Shown: positions 50,401 to 58,952 of the stretch, one piece after another
Position numbering within the stretch: the first letter of the stretch is position 1
Layout of the letters: every line of letters starts with the position of its first letter
Virus record (IMG/VR): IMGVR_UViG_3300025141_016157
Coordinates: 64,001-128,000 of that record
Length of the DNA: 64,000 nucleotides
Origin: a virus
Strand: one strand, 5' to 3'
The notes under the pieces: generated by a model
The model's input: the letters and a program-made list of their open reading frames with translations, nothing else
What the model was told of the DNA's origin: nothing
Database searches by the model: none
Program-made: the position numbers and the translations under genes

Positions 50401-50978
50401 AGGCTTTTGGAAGCCTAGATGAGTTCAAAACTGGAAAGGTACTAAATCACAGACAACTTTACACTGTTATCATTGACAACTATGACCTCCTTAAGAAGGG
50501 CAGACATGGAATGACAAAGACTGCTGTTAAGAAATTGTTAAAGGAACAGGACTACATTCCAAACTTTATCGATATCAAGCTTAACGAGGTTGATGGAATG
50601 CCTGACTGGAATCGTGCAGAGAAGATTGGAAACAGTGTTGAATTAATGGCAAGTGCAGATGAGACTCTTGTATTCCCGCCAAGAATTATGGCAAAGATTG
50701 AAAAGGCAGATGTTCGCCCAGTCACTGCACTCTCGGGAAAAGAAAGAGATATTGTCTGGTTCTGTATTCAAACAATGGAAGAGAGAACAACAAAGAACAA
50801 CAAGAAGTTCTATCGGATGAAGGTCATGGATAATAACTCTGAGAGCTGCTGGCTCCGTGTCTGGGGTAGGTTTGATGATCCCCCTGACCTATATACCATG
50901 TGGCTGGCTGAAGTAGCTTCTACAGAGTCCTGGGGTTGTTCTACATCATCATATAAGATGAAGAAGCTAGAGGTTTAG
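47421..50978 (+). CDS. dnaE: DNA polymerase III alpha subunit
   Basis: PHP LH.HS..DG, TDHG, DSHY; GRGS.AGSLV, PDIDTD, HAGG, KFDFLGL, YRPGP, YGFNKSHA..Y, PDIN.S, IKGVG. Confidence 0.96.
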   Translation: MSSIIKPKKFVGLHAHSGTGSPYDGLGYPNQHIDFVLSNEMNAWALTDHGNGNGLAHAHAYAKKLKKKGRDYRQIYGVEFYFVPSLLEWRESYEAHREEVRAARSEKKLKESTDINSEDEISGGLIIENEDETKNDFEKNDWKRRYHLVVIAKNQIGLQNLFTLVKKSYTDGFYRFPRIDYNLLKMHGEGLVVSTACIGGYPSSLIARGEATGKSDSDIILDLENMSDRFIDAVGRKNFNLEVQFNSLSMQHKTNKHLISLHEKTGIPLVATADSHYYGRNMWEARELYRKLGRMGARGDAMPSLPAFEDLKCELYPKNAEQMWDEYKQHASSYDFYKGKDQLIADAIERSYDIAWEQCEDVWFDEEAKLPRFGTPTDSAFNQLARRVKEALVKEDLHKDQEYVDRAKMELDDIKYLGFENYFLTMTKVFDLASQSTIIGPGRGSGAGSLVNYLLGITTTDPIKYGLLWERFLHRAKAGWPDIDTDAGDRDVLINASRELFGEESVVPVSNFNTLKLKSLVKDVSKFYGIDFGEVNAMTNTLEKDVMHKAMGDHEERSTYVLTHEDCMKYSQKYSDFMDEYPKVSEHVQNLFMESRSIGRHAGGVLICPNLEKHMPVIKVRGELQTPWSEGMNFRHLETNGFLKFDFLGLTTLKMVEDCTRLILRKQGNLSPTFADIQKFFDEKMNCRYNDLDDQNVWEHVYHKGRFVQVFQFTQQGARNFCTSAKPSTIEELATITAIYRPGPLSAGVHRKYVKAKKSVEDGKPIEYDHPVIEEILSETYGFISFQEQFMLLAQKLANFDKGASDKMRKTLVKKSLDSNAAKVQERIDLHKKFVNGAVEISGMDKDKAEKLYETIEFFSGYGFNKSHAVSYAIDSYYSAWLHTYYEKEWLATCLQTQNGSSKFGKVISEIKSLGYTILPPDINASSDVWVYSDERGGFVPPLTAIKGVGDAAVAEIMERRPFSSLDEMMFTEDGKWRPSKMNKTCFSSLSLVEAFGSLDEFKTGKVLNHRQLYTVIIDNYDLLKKGRHGMTKTAVKKLLKEQDYIPNFIDIKLNEVDGMPDWNRAEKIGNSVELMASADETLVFPPRIMAKIEKADVRPVTALSGKERDIVWFCIQTMEERTTKNNKKFYRMKVMDNNSESCWLRVWGRFDDPPDLYTMWLAEVASTESWGCSTSSYKMKKLEV

Positions 50979-51009
50979 CCAGATATATATTATCTGAGTG
51001 TGACACAGC

Positions 51010-52341
51010 ATGAAGATAACAGAGTCAAGAATCAGAAGAATTATAAGAGAAGAGCTTCTTCAGGAATCTAGTGACTTTAGATTTGACATTAACAAAAGTG
51101 TATATGTACTTCCTGATGCGCAGGTAGAGATTGAAAAAGCGGGGGATGGCTGGCTATTAAAGATCAGGAATTTACAAGCAGGACAATTTGGTTCAGTTCC
51201 TTTGAACATCTACGGACCATCCTACATGCTTGATTCGCTTGTACCACACGGAGCAGAGCCGGGCGATAAGCATCATAGGTTCTTGCAATCTGTAGGCTTT
51301 CCATTTGATGATCATCCTCCCTACGAAACCTGGGAGAATGAATTTCCCGGGGGCGCCAGAAGATTTATCACTGATGGTGACTACCTTGATCAGTACCTTG
51401 AAAGATTTCACAAAGATGAGGAATTTACTAGTGAGTTCAGGCTAAGCTACTTTGGCTACGCTCAGGATGTCTTACAGGGAATTCGCTTAACGCTTGATAG
51501 AATTGACAGCTATATACATAGCAATAGGGTTCAAAATATCATAGCTAGGGATCATGATGATTTTAAAGATAAGCTTGCAAAATTTTTCTCAATAAGTGAA
51601 ATAAACATTGTTGATAAGACAGCACGAGATACGGCTGGTTTCTATATGCCATCTGAACACAGTATCACAATTGCAGTTGCAAGAAACCCGCGTAAGGTGA
51701 CAAGGGAAACAACCTATCATGAATTTCTTCATCACTGGCAAGAAATTTTTGATGAACCTGAAAATTTTGATTGGAAGTTTCGTCCACTTGAACGTGAAGA
51801 TGAGACAGGCTTAGGGCAAGAAGATGAAACATATGAAGCTCTTTATTCACAACTAATGGCTGCCTCAAATATTCCAGTAAGAAGGTGGCTTAGGAACCTC
51901 GGAGCAAGCTATCTTAATCTTCCTACTAATTTTGACAGATATACTGTTAGAGAGTCAATGAGAAAAGCTGAAAGCTTTGAGATGTCATTAAGCGCTGATG
52001 ATAAGGGGGAGTGGAGTGGTTTTGATTCAGTCTTTAAGGCATTTTACCAGTTTCAGGAAAACCACTTTACAATGTCCCTAAGACGACTCTTTATGATCTT
52101 AAATAACTTAGGATATGATTTAGATTTAACTAGTGATAATAGCATTGAAAGATTTAAAGAGGGATTAAATTTATTTTTAAGATTTGGATTTCCACACAGC
52201 GTATATCTTAAAAACAGGGATTTGATTGCGTTACCTTTGTTTCTTAAGCCTACACCAAAGAATATAAATTTAATCACAAGAATAGGTGATACTCTTGCTT
52301 CTAATGAAATACATTCTGACAGTGGTACTGAAACTGTATAA
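51010..52341 (+). CDS. Zincin (HExxH) protein with N-terminal tag
   Basis: MKITESRIRRIIREELLQES; AGFY.P....I.I, TYHEFLHHWQ. Confidence 0.82.
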   Translation: MKITESRIRRIIREELLQESSDFRFDINKSVYVLPDAQVEIEKAGDGWLLKIRNLQAGQFGSVPLNIYGPSYMLDSLVPHGAEPGDKHHRFLQSVGFPFDDHPPYETWENEFPGGARRFITDGDYLDQYLERFHKDEEFTSEFRLSYFGYAQDVLQGIRLTLDRIDSYIHSNRVQNIIARDHDDFKDKLAKFFSISEINIVDKTARDTAGFYMPSEHSITIAVARNPRKVTRETTYHEFLHHWQEIFDEPENFDWKFRPLEREDETGLGQEDETYEALYSQLMAASNIPVRRWLRNLGASYLNLPTNFDRYTVRESMRKAESFEMSLSADDKGEWSGFDSVFKAFYQFQENHFTMSLRRLFMILNNLGYDLDLTSDNSIERFKEGLNLFLRFGFPHSVYLKNRDLIALPLFLKPTPKNINLITRIGDTLASNEIHSDSGTETV

Positions 52342-52381
52342 AACAATTATTAAGAATAATTATATTAAGAGCAAAGTTATT

Positions 52382-53314
52382 ATGAAAATCACACACAAGC
52401 GGCTAAAAAGAATTATAAGAGAAGAGCTTCTACGTGAGGCCAGTGGAGCTGCAGGTCCGGGCACAGTTCCAGGATACAATTATATTGAGGTATCTGAGTA
52501 CAGAGGTAAACCTGCTCACATGATAAATGCTAAGCATCTCAAAAGAACTTTGAAAGAGACATTGGGTATAAAGCAACATGGAACGGCTGACGACCACTTC
52601 CACCAGGCGGGCTTGGGAGGTATTATTTCTGGTTGGGGAAGCCTAAGTAAGAAACTAACAAAAATCTGGAGCGATCGAATCCCCCAGGGACAAGGCGGTC
52701 ATGGAACGGGATGCCAAAGCTGCTGGGCAGACTTCTTTATTCTTGTAGATCTTGGAAAATGTGGAGCATCTCAGGCATACTTGATCCCTGGTGTTAGCGT
52801 TGTTGAAGATATTCCAATTATAGTATTTGGAGATATTAGTCTTGAGCCTCTAATTGATCACATAGCAGATGAAGCAGGCTTGGCGATAATTGGGAAAGGC
52901 GAAAAAAGAGATGATGCTGAACAACAGACTGTTGAAAATGAGTGGGCAGAATGGACAGGTAGACAGTATGAGCTTATTAGTAAATTTCATAATAAGGTGT
53001 ATTATGGAGGCGAGATGCTTTCCGACCTATTACACGATGCATTTGTTTTCCGGACACCAGTAATTGTTGTGCTCCCAAGGTCATCGCTAATTAAAGATAT
53101 TGATCCGTGTGTCATTGCTAAAAATTATCAACTTCTTAGAGCGCCACCGGTGACACCGGTGGCTCCAGCTGTTAAGGATGAAGTAGAGCTTGATCCTGCA
53201 AGCGTGGAGATAGATCCCCAGGGCCAGCAAATAGATATTGATTCTGAGATATATGATGCGCCTCTTGAGCCGTATAAATCTCCCTTTAGAACTCCAATAG
53301 GTAAGCAAGATTAA
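52382..53314 (+). CDS. Hypothetical protein with N-terminal tag
   Basis: Probable start at ATG 52382 (MKITHKRLKRIIREELLREAS), preceded by ATAATTA. Confidence 0.8.
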   Translation: MKITHKRLKRIIREELLREASGAAGPGTVPGYNYIEVSEYRGKPAHMINAKHLKRTLKETLGIKQHGTADDHFHQAGLGGIISGWGSLSKKLTKIWSDRIPQGQGGHGTGCQSCWADFFILVDLGKCGASQAYLIPGVSVVEDIPIIVFGDISLEPLIDHIADEAGLAIIGKGEKRDDAEQQTVENEWAEWTGRQYELISKFHNKVYYGGEMLSDLLHDAFVFRTPVIVVLPRSSLIKDIDPCVIAKNYQLLRAPPVTPVAPAVKDEVELDPASVEIDPQGQQIDIDSEIYDAPLEPYKSPFRTPIGKQD

Positions 53315-53315
53315 A

Positions 53316-56300
53316 ATGAAGATAACAGAATCCAGAATCAGAAGAATCATAAGAGAAGAGCTTCTTAAAGAAGATAGCGAAGATACCGTTCTAGGAAAAA
53401 TGAGCTGGCCCATGGCGCCTGGTGTCTCAGACCCGTTTGGTGAACTACGATCCTCAAATCCCCCACCAGTTCTTTCAACATCAATGTGGTATGACCTCGA
53501 TGGTGACGCAATGCTATCGAGTCATAAGATTGAATCAAAGAAATTTATTGAACACCTTATGGATACTATAGAGCACAGAGGTGGAGTTGCAAACTCTGTT
53601 GCAAATGCTGGACACATCGCAGCTGTCTACAAGGAAATGGGTGTTGAGACGCGAATAGCTCCATACCCTGGGCCTAAGCATTGGGGTGCAGGAGATTATG
53701 AGTCATGGGGAGAGTTTCCAGGATCAGCAAGAAGTTTTTTTAAAAAGTATGACCCATGGGTTCTTGATGCGGACGAGATATTTCTCGTAACAGTTGATAA
53801 TACTTCTTACAGGGCTCCTGGCCAAAAAGTTACAGAGATTGAACCTGAAGATATGGAGATGGGAGTTGAATACGGAGGAACAACTGATCCCGCAGCTGGC
53901 AAGATTAAGCGAGCACTTAGCTCTCTACTTGGTGACCTTACGCTTCCTGCCCATTACGATCCTTCACCAGTTCAACTGACCGCTGCTAAATCATGGCTGT
54001 CTCAATGGCTTCCAGGAGGAAATCCATCTCCTGAAATGGCTAGGGCAATGGCAGCTACAAATCCATACAATGCTGTCTGGGAAACATTTCTAGGTCCAAT
54101 AAAAGAGTGTCTAAGCGGTCAAGCAGCTGCCAAAGAAGAAGCTACTCGAAGAGCATCAAAGCAGGATGATTTCTATTCTAGAGAAGGGGCAGACATAACC
54201 TTTGCTGGAGGAGCAACGTCAGAGGATACCCAGGCTGTTCTCAAACAAATGCAAAAAACTGGGGAGGCAGAAAAGATATCAGATGAATCAATTGGGACTT
54301 CTTCTGCTGGTCTGTGTGCATCAGCCAGAGCATCAGAGCTTATAGCATTGTTAGTTTTGCCATCTGGACAGTTTACTTTAGCCGGAAGGATTGCGCTAGC
54401 AGCTGGTCTCGTTCATCTTGCAAGAGGCTCTCACAGAGAGGCTATGTTTGAACTACTGCTTGGTGCATTTGAGATTGTAGCAGCAACCAAAGCGATTGTA
54501 AGATATACCGCAGTAGTTAAAAGTGCACTTAGGTCAGGAAAGCTTCCGGCAGATGACATTCTCGAAGAAATGATTAAAGCTGGAGTATTTGAAGAGCATG
54601 CTGATATAATAAGGCGGTTAGCAAGACAGCCAAAGATGGAGGAAGAAGTTCAAGCTATGCGCCAAGAGATGGCAAGAGTAATCGAGACAATGGATAGTAC
54701 AGATCCCTTGAAGCCTTATCTGGATGCATATGTTAGAGGAGCCAGTTCAGATGAGCTTAGGGGAATATACAAGGCTGCCAAGGCTGAGATTGAGTCTGGA
54801 GCTCGCTGGGACATTCACACGTCAACTAGACGTGCAGCTGATATTGATCCAGATGAGCTCGATGCGTGGCTAGAAAGACTTGAGGACTTACCGCTTACAT
54901 CATCTCCTGGATCTAGAAAAGCTGTAATAGACAAGTATATAGAATCTCAGATCAGTATAAATAGAGCTCTGGAAGCTGAACAGGCAACAGCAAGAGGTGC
55001 AGGTCGAGGGAAATCGACTCCGGAAAATCCATGGGGAAAGGGTCCTGAGCCTAAAGCAATTAGACCCGCAGGATCTAAGGCGCCATTAGCACAAACAGCC
55101 AATATGGGAAGACAGATTATTGATTTAGCATATGCCAAATTACGATCGATACCTGATGGTAAAATTTATAAGATTGCAAAATTCGAAAGAGGTCACTTCA
55201 GCGACGTTGATAGAATTGAAATTAGACTGGATGGTTTGTTTGATGTTGATGATATTGAAAAAATTGTTGACGACTCTCTCGGTGACTATCTAAACACGCT
55301 CACACCCCCGCAGGCATCAAGGTATAAGCAAGATGTTATTGAAGAAATCCAAAACCTTGACTTTGTAGTAGGACCAAGGACTCCTGACAGGGTGGGACAA
55401 TATGTCCAATCCGGACCTGGTCAAAGAGGCCAAGTCTGGGTTGAACCGTTTGACAAAGAAGAGTGGAAGGCTATAGTAGGAACCAATAGAGATCGACCAG
55501 ATTTTGAAGAAGCCGTTAAAAAAGCTTTTATCGACGCTCTAGATTCTGGAACAAAATTTGATTTGCCAGAGCAGGTGAGAAATACACTTTCTCATGAACT
55601 TGGTCACTGGATAGACCTCACTATCGAGGGAAATAAATATGATCACCTTATTGTAGATTCAAATGGAATTCCCATGAGGGAAATCGATGGCAAGCAGATG
55701 ACATTTGATCAAGCTGTCAAAGAAAGAAAAGTTAAAACAATAGAAGAATGGCTACAGGACCCGCCGGATATCTTTGGAGATTTCGTAACGCAACCCTGGC
55801 ATGGAAGAATTGGGGAGCTAGATGCTGAAATAACAAGAGGCGTAACAGATTTTCAAGATTCCCTAGAGGCATCAATTAAAAGAATTCGTGACCTTGATGA
55901 TCAATATAAGCTTCCCTGGGATATCTCTCCCAGAAAGCCGCCGCGAGATCAACAGCCAGTAGCATCTGATAGTCCGTCAGCATGGGATAGAAGAAGTACT
56001 ACCAAACACCCATCACAGACTACTCGCAGACAAGAGCCGAAAAAATGGGATGATGCAGAGACAAAGTCAGCAATGCACAAAGAAGAGATGGCAGAGATCG
56101 GCTTGGACGAACTAGATTATACATATCAAATATTGACTGATAAAGATCTATTTAGGGATATATTTGTCGGAGACTACTTTCCTATTGAGCCTAACCGTGG
56201 GTATCTTGATGATTATGGATGGGTAGGAAGTGCAGAAAATATCGTAGATCAAAAGATTGATGACGTTCTTTTCGAACCTGGCGGATTATGGGACTGGGCT

Positions 56301-56393
56301 AGAAAGGAAGCAGGAATAAACGTTGAGTACATTGACATGCAGGAGTCAGTTGTATATGTGTCTCGGTGGATGAAACTTGCAGGTATAAAATGA
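53316..56393 (+). CDS. Large multidomain protein: N-terminal tag, hydrophobic segment, zincin, C-terminal RWxxLAGIK
   Basis: MKITESRIRRIIREELLKE; LSHELGHWID...GELDAE; ends SRWMKLAGIK. Confidence 0.85.
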   Translation: MKITESRIRRIIREELLKEDSEDTVLGKMSWPMAPGVSDPFGELRSSNPPPVLSTSMWYDLDGDAMLSSHKIESKKFIEHLMDTIEHRGGVANSVANAGHIAAVYKEMGVETRIAPYPGPKHWGAGDYESWGEFPGSARSFFKKYDPWVLDADEIFLVTVDNTSYRAPGQKVTEIEPEDMEMGVEYGGTTDPAAGKIKRALSSLLGDLTLPAHYDPSPVQLTAAKSWLSQWLPGGNPSPEMARAMAATNPYNAVWETFLGPIKECLSGQAAAKEEATRRASKQDDFYSREGADITFAGGATSEDTQAVLKQMQKTGEAEKISDESIGTSSAGLCASARASELIALLVLPSGQFTLAGRIALAAGLVHLARGSHREAMFELLLGAFEIVAATKAIVRYTAVVKSALRSGKLPADDILEEMIKAGVFEEHADIIRRLARQPKMEEEVQAMRQEMARVIETMDSTDPLKPYLDAYVRGASSDELRGIYKAAKAEIESGARWDIHTSTRRAADIDPDELDAWLERLEDLPLTSSPGSRKAVIDKYIESQISINRALEAEQATARGAGRGKSTPENPWGKGPEPKAIRPAGSKAPLAQTANMGRQIIDLAYAKLRSIPDGKIYKIAKFERGHFSDVDRIEIRLDGLFDVDDIEKIVDDSLGDYLNTLTPPQASRYKQDVIEEIQNLDFVVGPRTPDRVGQYVQSGPGQRGQVWVEPFDKEEWKAIVGTNRDRPDFEEAVKKAFIDALDSGTKFDLPEQVRNTLSHELGHWIDLTIEGNKYDHLIVDSNGIPMREIDGKQMTFDQAVKERKVKTIEEWLQDPPDIFGDFVTQPWHGRIGELDAEITRGVTDFQDSLEASIKRIRDLDDQYKLPWDISPRKPPRDQQPVASDSPSAWDRRSTTKHPSQTTRRQEPKKWDDAETKSAMHKEEMAEIGLDELDYTYQILTDKDLFRDIFVGDYFPIEPNRGYLDDYGWVGSAENIVDQKIDDVLFEPGGLWDWARKEAGINVEYIDMQESVVYVSRWMKLAGIK

Positions 56394-56539
56394 AGATAAA
56401 AGGTGCCACCCAGGCTCACAAGGGTCATCTTGATTTCGAAGATGATGAAGAAATAGACATCGAATTTGATGATTACGATTCTCCATTCACTACAGACTTC
56501 TGTGAAATGTTTCCTGATCACCCGAAATGCAGAGATTAA
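56390..56539 (+). CDS. 49-aa acidic protein with C-x8-C tail (not in ORF track)
   Basis: ATGA overlap with the previous stop; MKIKGATQAHKGHLDFEDDEEIDIEFDDYDSPFTTDFCEMFPDHPKCRD. Confidence 0.6.
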   Translation: MKIKGATQAHKGHLDFEDDEEIDIEFDDYDSPFTTDFCEMFPDHPKCRD

Positions 56540-56552
56540 TTTATATCAAATC

Positions 56553-56581
56553 TTAAAAACTTTAAACTATCATGTTATAAT
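56553..56581 (+). promoter_or_regulatory. sigma70-like promoter (probably leaderless)
   Basis: TTAAAA-N17-TATAAT with TG extension; ATGs at 56585 and 56588. Confidence 0.6.
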
Positions 56582-56584
56582 AAT

Positions 56585-57493
56585 ATGATGTTAATGTTTC
56601 CAACACAAAATTTATTTATCGAAGGTCCTGACTGTTCAGGAAAGACAACACTCGTTAGAAATATTCACGATCTTTCCAGATACAAATGGCATATTCATGA
56701 TAGATCTCAGATATCAAGAAAGATCTTTAAGTATGAATACAGTAGAAATCTTTACTATTCTGACGATGATTTTCACAGGGAGATTTTTAATCTTAACAAT
56801 AGGTTTATTTTTCTACTCCCAGATATTGAAATAATAAAAGATAGATTTAAATTGAGAGGGGATAATATTCACAAGAGTATAAGCGATATTGAAAAAGTTT
56901 ATCATCTTTTTAAAGAAGAGCTTGAGCGTATCTCCAGTTTACCAAATATTATACCGTGTTTCTCAGTTGCGACACCCAGGGCTGTTGAAGCTCTATGCAC
57001 AACGCTGTCTCTAATAGAAAGAACAATGCTGAGAGAAGTTTCAGATCAAGTTATAAAATCTGTCAATTTTTGTGGTGATGAATGCTTTCCTATTGAGTTT
57101 ACTCTGTACGACAATGGAATGTTTGAAGAGGCAGATCCATTATCAATGAGATATAAGCCCGAGGAGGAGTATTATGAAAAAATCTATGATAGAGTTCACA
57201 ATAAAATTACAAATGAAATGCTGGGAAAAAATGAGTATAGTAGAACAGAATCATTTTTATCAAGAAGATTTGTTTATTCCGATGATAGTTGCATATCATT
57301 TATTCAGCTTTCAGTAAGAAAAAATGTTATGGATTTTCACACAGTAATAAGATCAACAGACGTCAAGAATATCTTTCCTCATGATCTTAAATTTTTATAC
57401 TATCTTGCATCAACATGTTACAAAAGGTTCAAAGATAAGTGTAGTTCAGCAAGGCTTCGTTTTAATTTGAACTCTGCACACATAATTAGTTAA
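56585..57493 (+). CDS. dNMP kinase fused to ThyA-fold (dCMP hydroxymethylase-like) domain
   Basis: IEGPDCSGKTT, DRS..S; C-terminal SC...IQ......RSTD....FPHD....SAHI. Confidence 0.7.
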   Translation: MMLMFPTQNLFIEGPDCSGKTTLVRNIHDLSRYKWHIHDRSQISRKIFKYEYSRNLYYSDDDFHREIFNLNNRFIFLLPDIEIIKDRFKLRGDNIHKSISDIEKVYHLFKEELERISSLPNIIPCFSVATPRAVEALCTTLSLIERTMLREVSDQVIKSVNFCGDECFPIEFTLYDNGMFEEADPLSMRYKPEEEYYEKIYDRVHNKITNEMLGKNEYSRTESFLSRRFVYSDDSCISFIQLSVRKNVMDFHTVIRSTDVKNIFPHDLKFLYYLASTCYKRFKDKCSSARLRFNLNSAHIIS

Positions 57494-57519
57494 AATAATA
57501 ATATAGGATTGGAGAATTT

Positions 57520-58530
57520 ATGAGAGCACTAATCACAGGAGGTTGCGGATTTATTGGATCAAATCTTGCAAAAGCTCTTGTATCAAATGGCTGGACAGTA
57601 GACGTAGTAGATAATATGTCAGCAGGATCAATTTCTGCACTTGATAACTTAAAGATAAGACAATTACCCAATGCAAGCTTTTTACCACATTTTTATGAAA
57701 GTACTACTGGGACGGAAAGGGAAAGGATGCAAGATGAAATCTTGGTCATACCCGACGATCTTTCGCATGAATCAGTTTTAAATCATATAAGATCAAAAAT
57801 GTATGATATTGTCTTTCATCAGGCAGCAATACCACGAGTAAGCTACTCAGTTGAAAATCCTGCAGAAACCACATACGAAAATATTACAAAAACAGTTTCA
57901 CTTTTTGAAGCTTGTAATGGAAATGTTAAAAGGGTCGTCTGGGCATCTTCATCTTCAGTATATGGTGGCGCAAAGATTCTTCCAACTCCAGAATCAGAAA
58001 GAGGAAAGATGCTACCTCTTTCTCCATACGCCTGGCAAAAATTTGCGATTGAAGACTTTTCAAAGATTTGTGGAACACTCTATAATTTAGACATAGTGTG
58101 TTTAAGATATTTTAATGTTTTTGGACCTGGTCAGCTTGGAGACTCTCCGTATGCAACTGCAATATCTGCATGGTGCAATGCTGTAAAGAAAGGTTGCGGC
58201 CTTAGGAGTGACGGAGACGGCAATCAATCAAGAGATCTCTGCTATATAGAAAATGTTATCCATGCTAATATTCTAGCTGCTACTTCAAGTAAGACATTTA
58301 ACGGTAGATGCTATAATGTAGCTTGCGGAGATAGAGTTTCAAATAATGAAATATTAGAGTTTTTTACTAATAAATTTGATGCTAGTATTATAAATGCACC
58401 TGAGAGACCTGGTGATGTCAAGCATACACAGGCAGATATAACTAGAATACAAGATGAGCTTGGGTATTCACCAATTGTTGAATTTTGGGAAGGTCTAGAT
58501 AAAACTATCAAATGGTGGGGTCTTGAGTGA
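57520..58530 (+). CDS. NAD-dependent nucleotide-sugar epimerase/dehydratase
   Basis: TGGCGFIGS, ASSSSVYG, SPY...K, LRYFNVFGP, GDG.Q.RD, RPGDV. Confidence 0.93.
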   Translation: MRALITGGCGFIGSNLAKALVSNGWTVDVVDNMSAGSISALDNLKIRQLPNASFLPHFYESTTGTERERMQDEILVIPDDLSHESVLNHIRSKMYDIVFHQAAIPRVSYSVENPAETTYENITKTVSLFEACNGNVKRVVWASSSSVYGGAKILPTPESERGKMLPLSPYAWQKFAIEDFSKICGTLYNLDIVCLRYFNVFGPGQLGDSPYATAISAWCNAVKKGCGLRSDGDGNQSRDLCYIENVIHANILAATSSKTFNGRCYNVACGDRVSNNEILEFFTNKFDASIINAPERPGDVKHTQADITRIQDELGYSPIVEFWEGLDKTIKWWGLE

Positions 58531-58952
58531 GTATTAAAATTCCAAAACATGTAAAATCTTCATGGGTAAAAAAAGGCATGTCAAAGCCAATACAAAAACC
58601 GTGGGGCCATGAATATGTGTGGGCAGGATTTTCAGGAATTCATGGAAAATCTCTATTTATAAAAAAAGATCATAGAACAAGCTTTAAGTATCATAGTTTA
58701 AAAACTGAAGTTTTGTTTCTTCAAAAAGGAACAGCAGAAGTTACGTTTGGCGATGAATACTCATTACGAGATCCAGTTGGACACCCATTTAAAATAGAAA
58801 TCATTGATGCCGGAAGCTCTCTAATGGTACAGTCAAATTGCCCCTATAGAATAAAAGCAATATCTGACTGTGAGATTATTGAAATAGGTAATAACTCATC
58901 AGATACACCAGTAAGAATAGAAGATGACTACGGAAGAATAGAAAATGAATAG
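58527..58952 (+). CDS. Cupin (mannose-6-phosphate isomerase-like)
   Basis: KPWG.E, S..YH..K.E, IIE, RIEDDYGR. Confidence 0.8.
   Translation: MSIKIPKHVKSSWVKKGMSKPIQKPWGHEYVWAGFSGIHGKSLFIKKDHRTSFKYHSLKTEVLFLQKGTAEVTFGDEYSLRDPVGHPFKIEIIDAGSSLMVQSNCPYRIKAISDCEIIEIGNNSSDTPVRIEDDYGRIENE

Noticed and set aside
29691-50978. Inteins or introns in recA, helicase, nrdJ or dnaE
   Set aside because: Lengths are ordinary, and no C...HN-[CST] splice or LAGLIDADG motifs were seen. The short charged insert in the DnaE PHP domain is not intein-like.
29640-52381. Longer starts in the ORF track (29640, 41427, 46868, 52286; also 6929 and 14727 outside this span)
   Set aside because: They are near-cognate starts inside promoters or upstream genes. 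Downstream ATGs have an RBS, begin at the conserved tag, or (14727) are better explained by the ATG at 14772 or a frameshift.
51010-53366. Diversity-generating retroelement template/variable repeat
   Set aside because: The repeat is short and N-terminal, its differences are synonymous and not confined to adenines, and there is no reverse transcriptase in the window.
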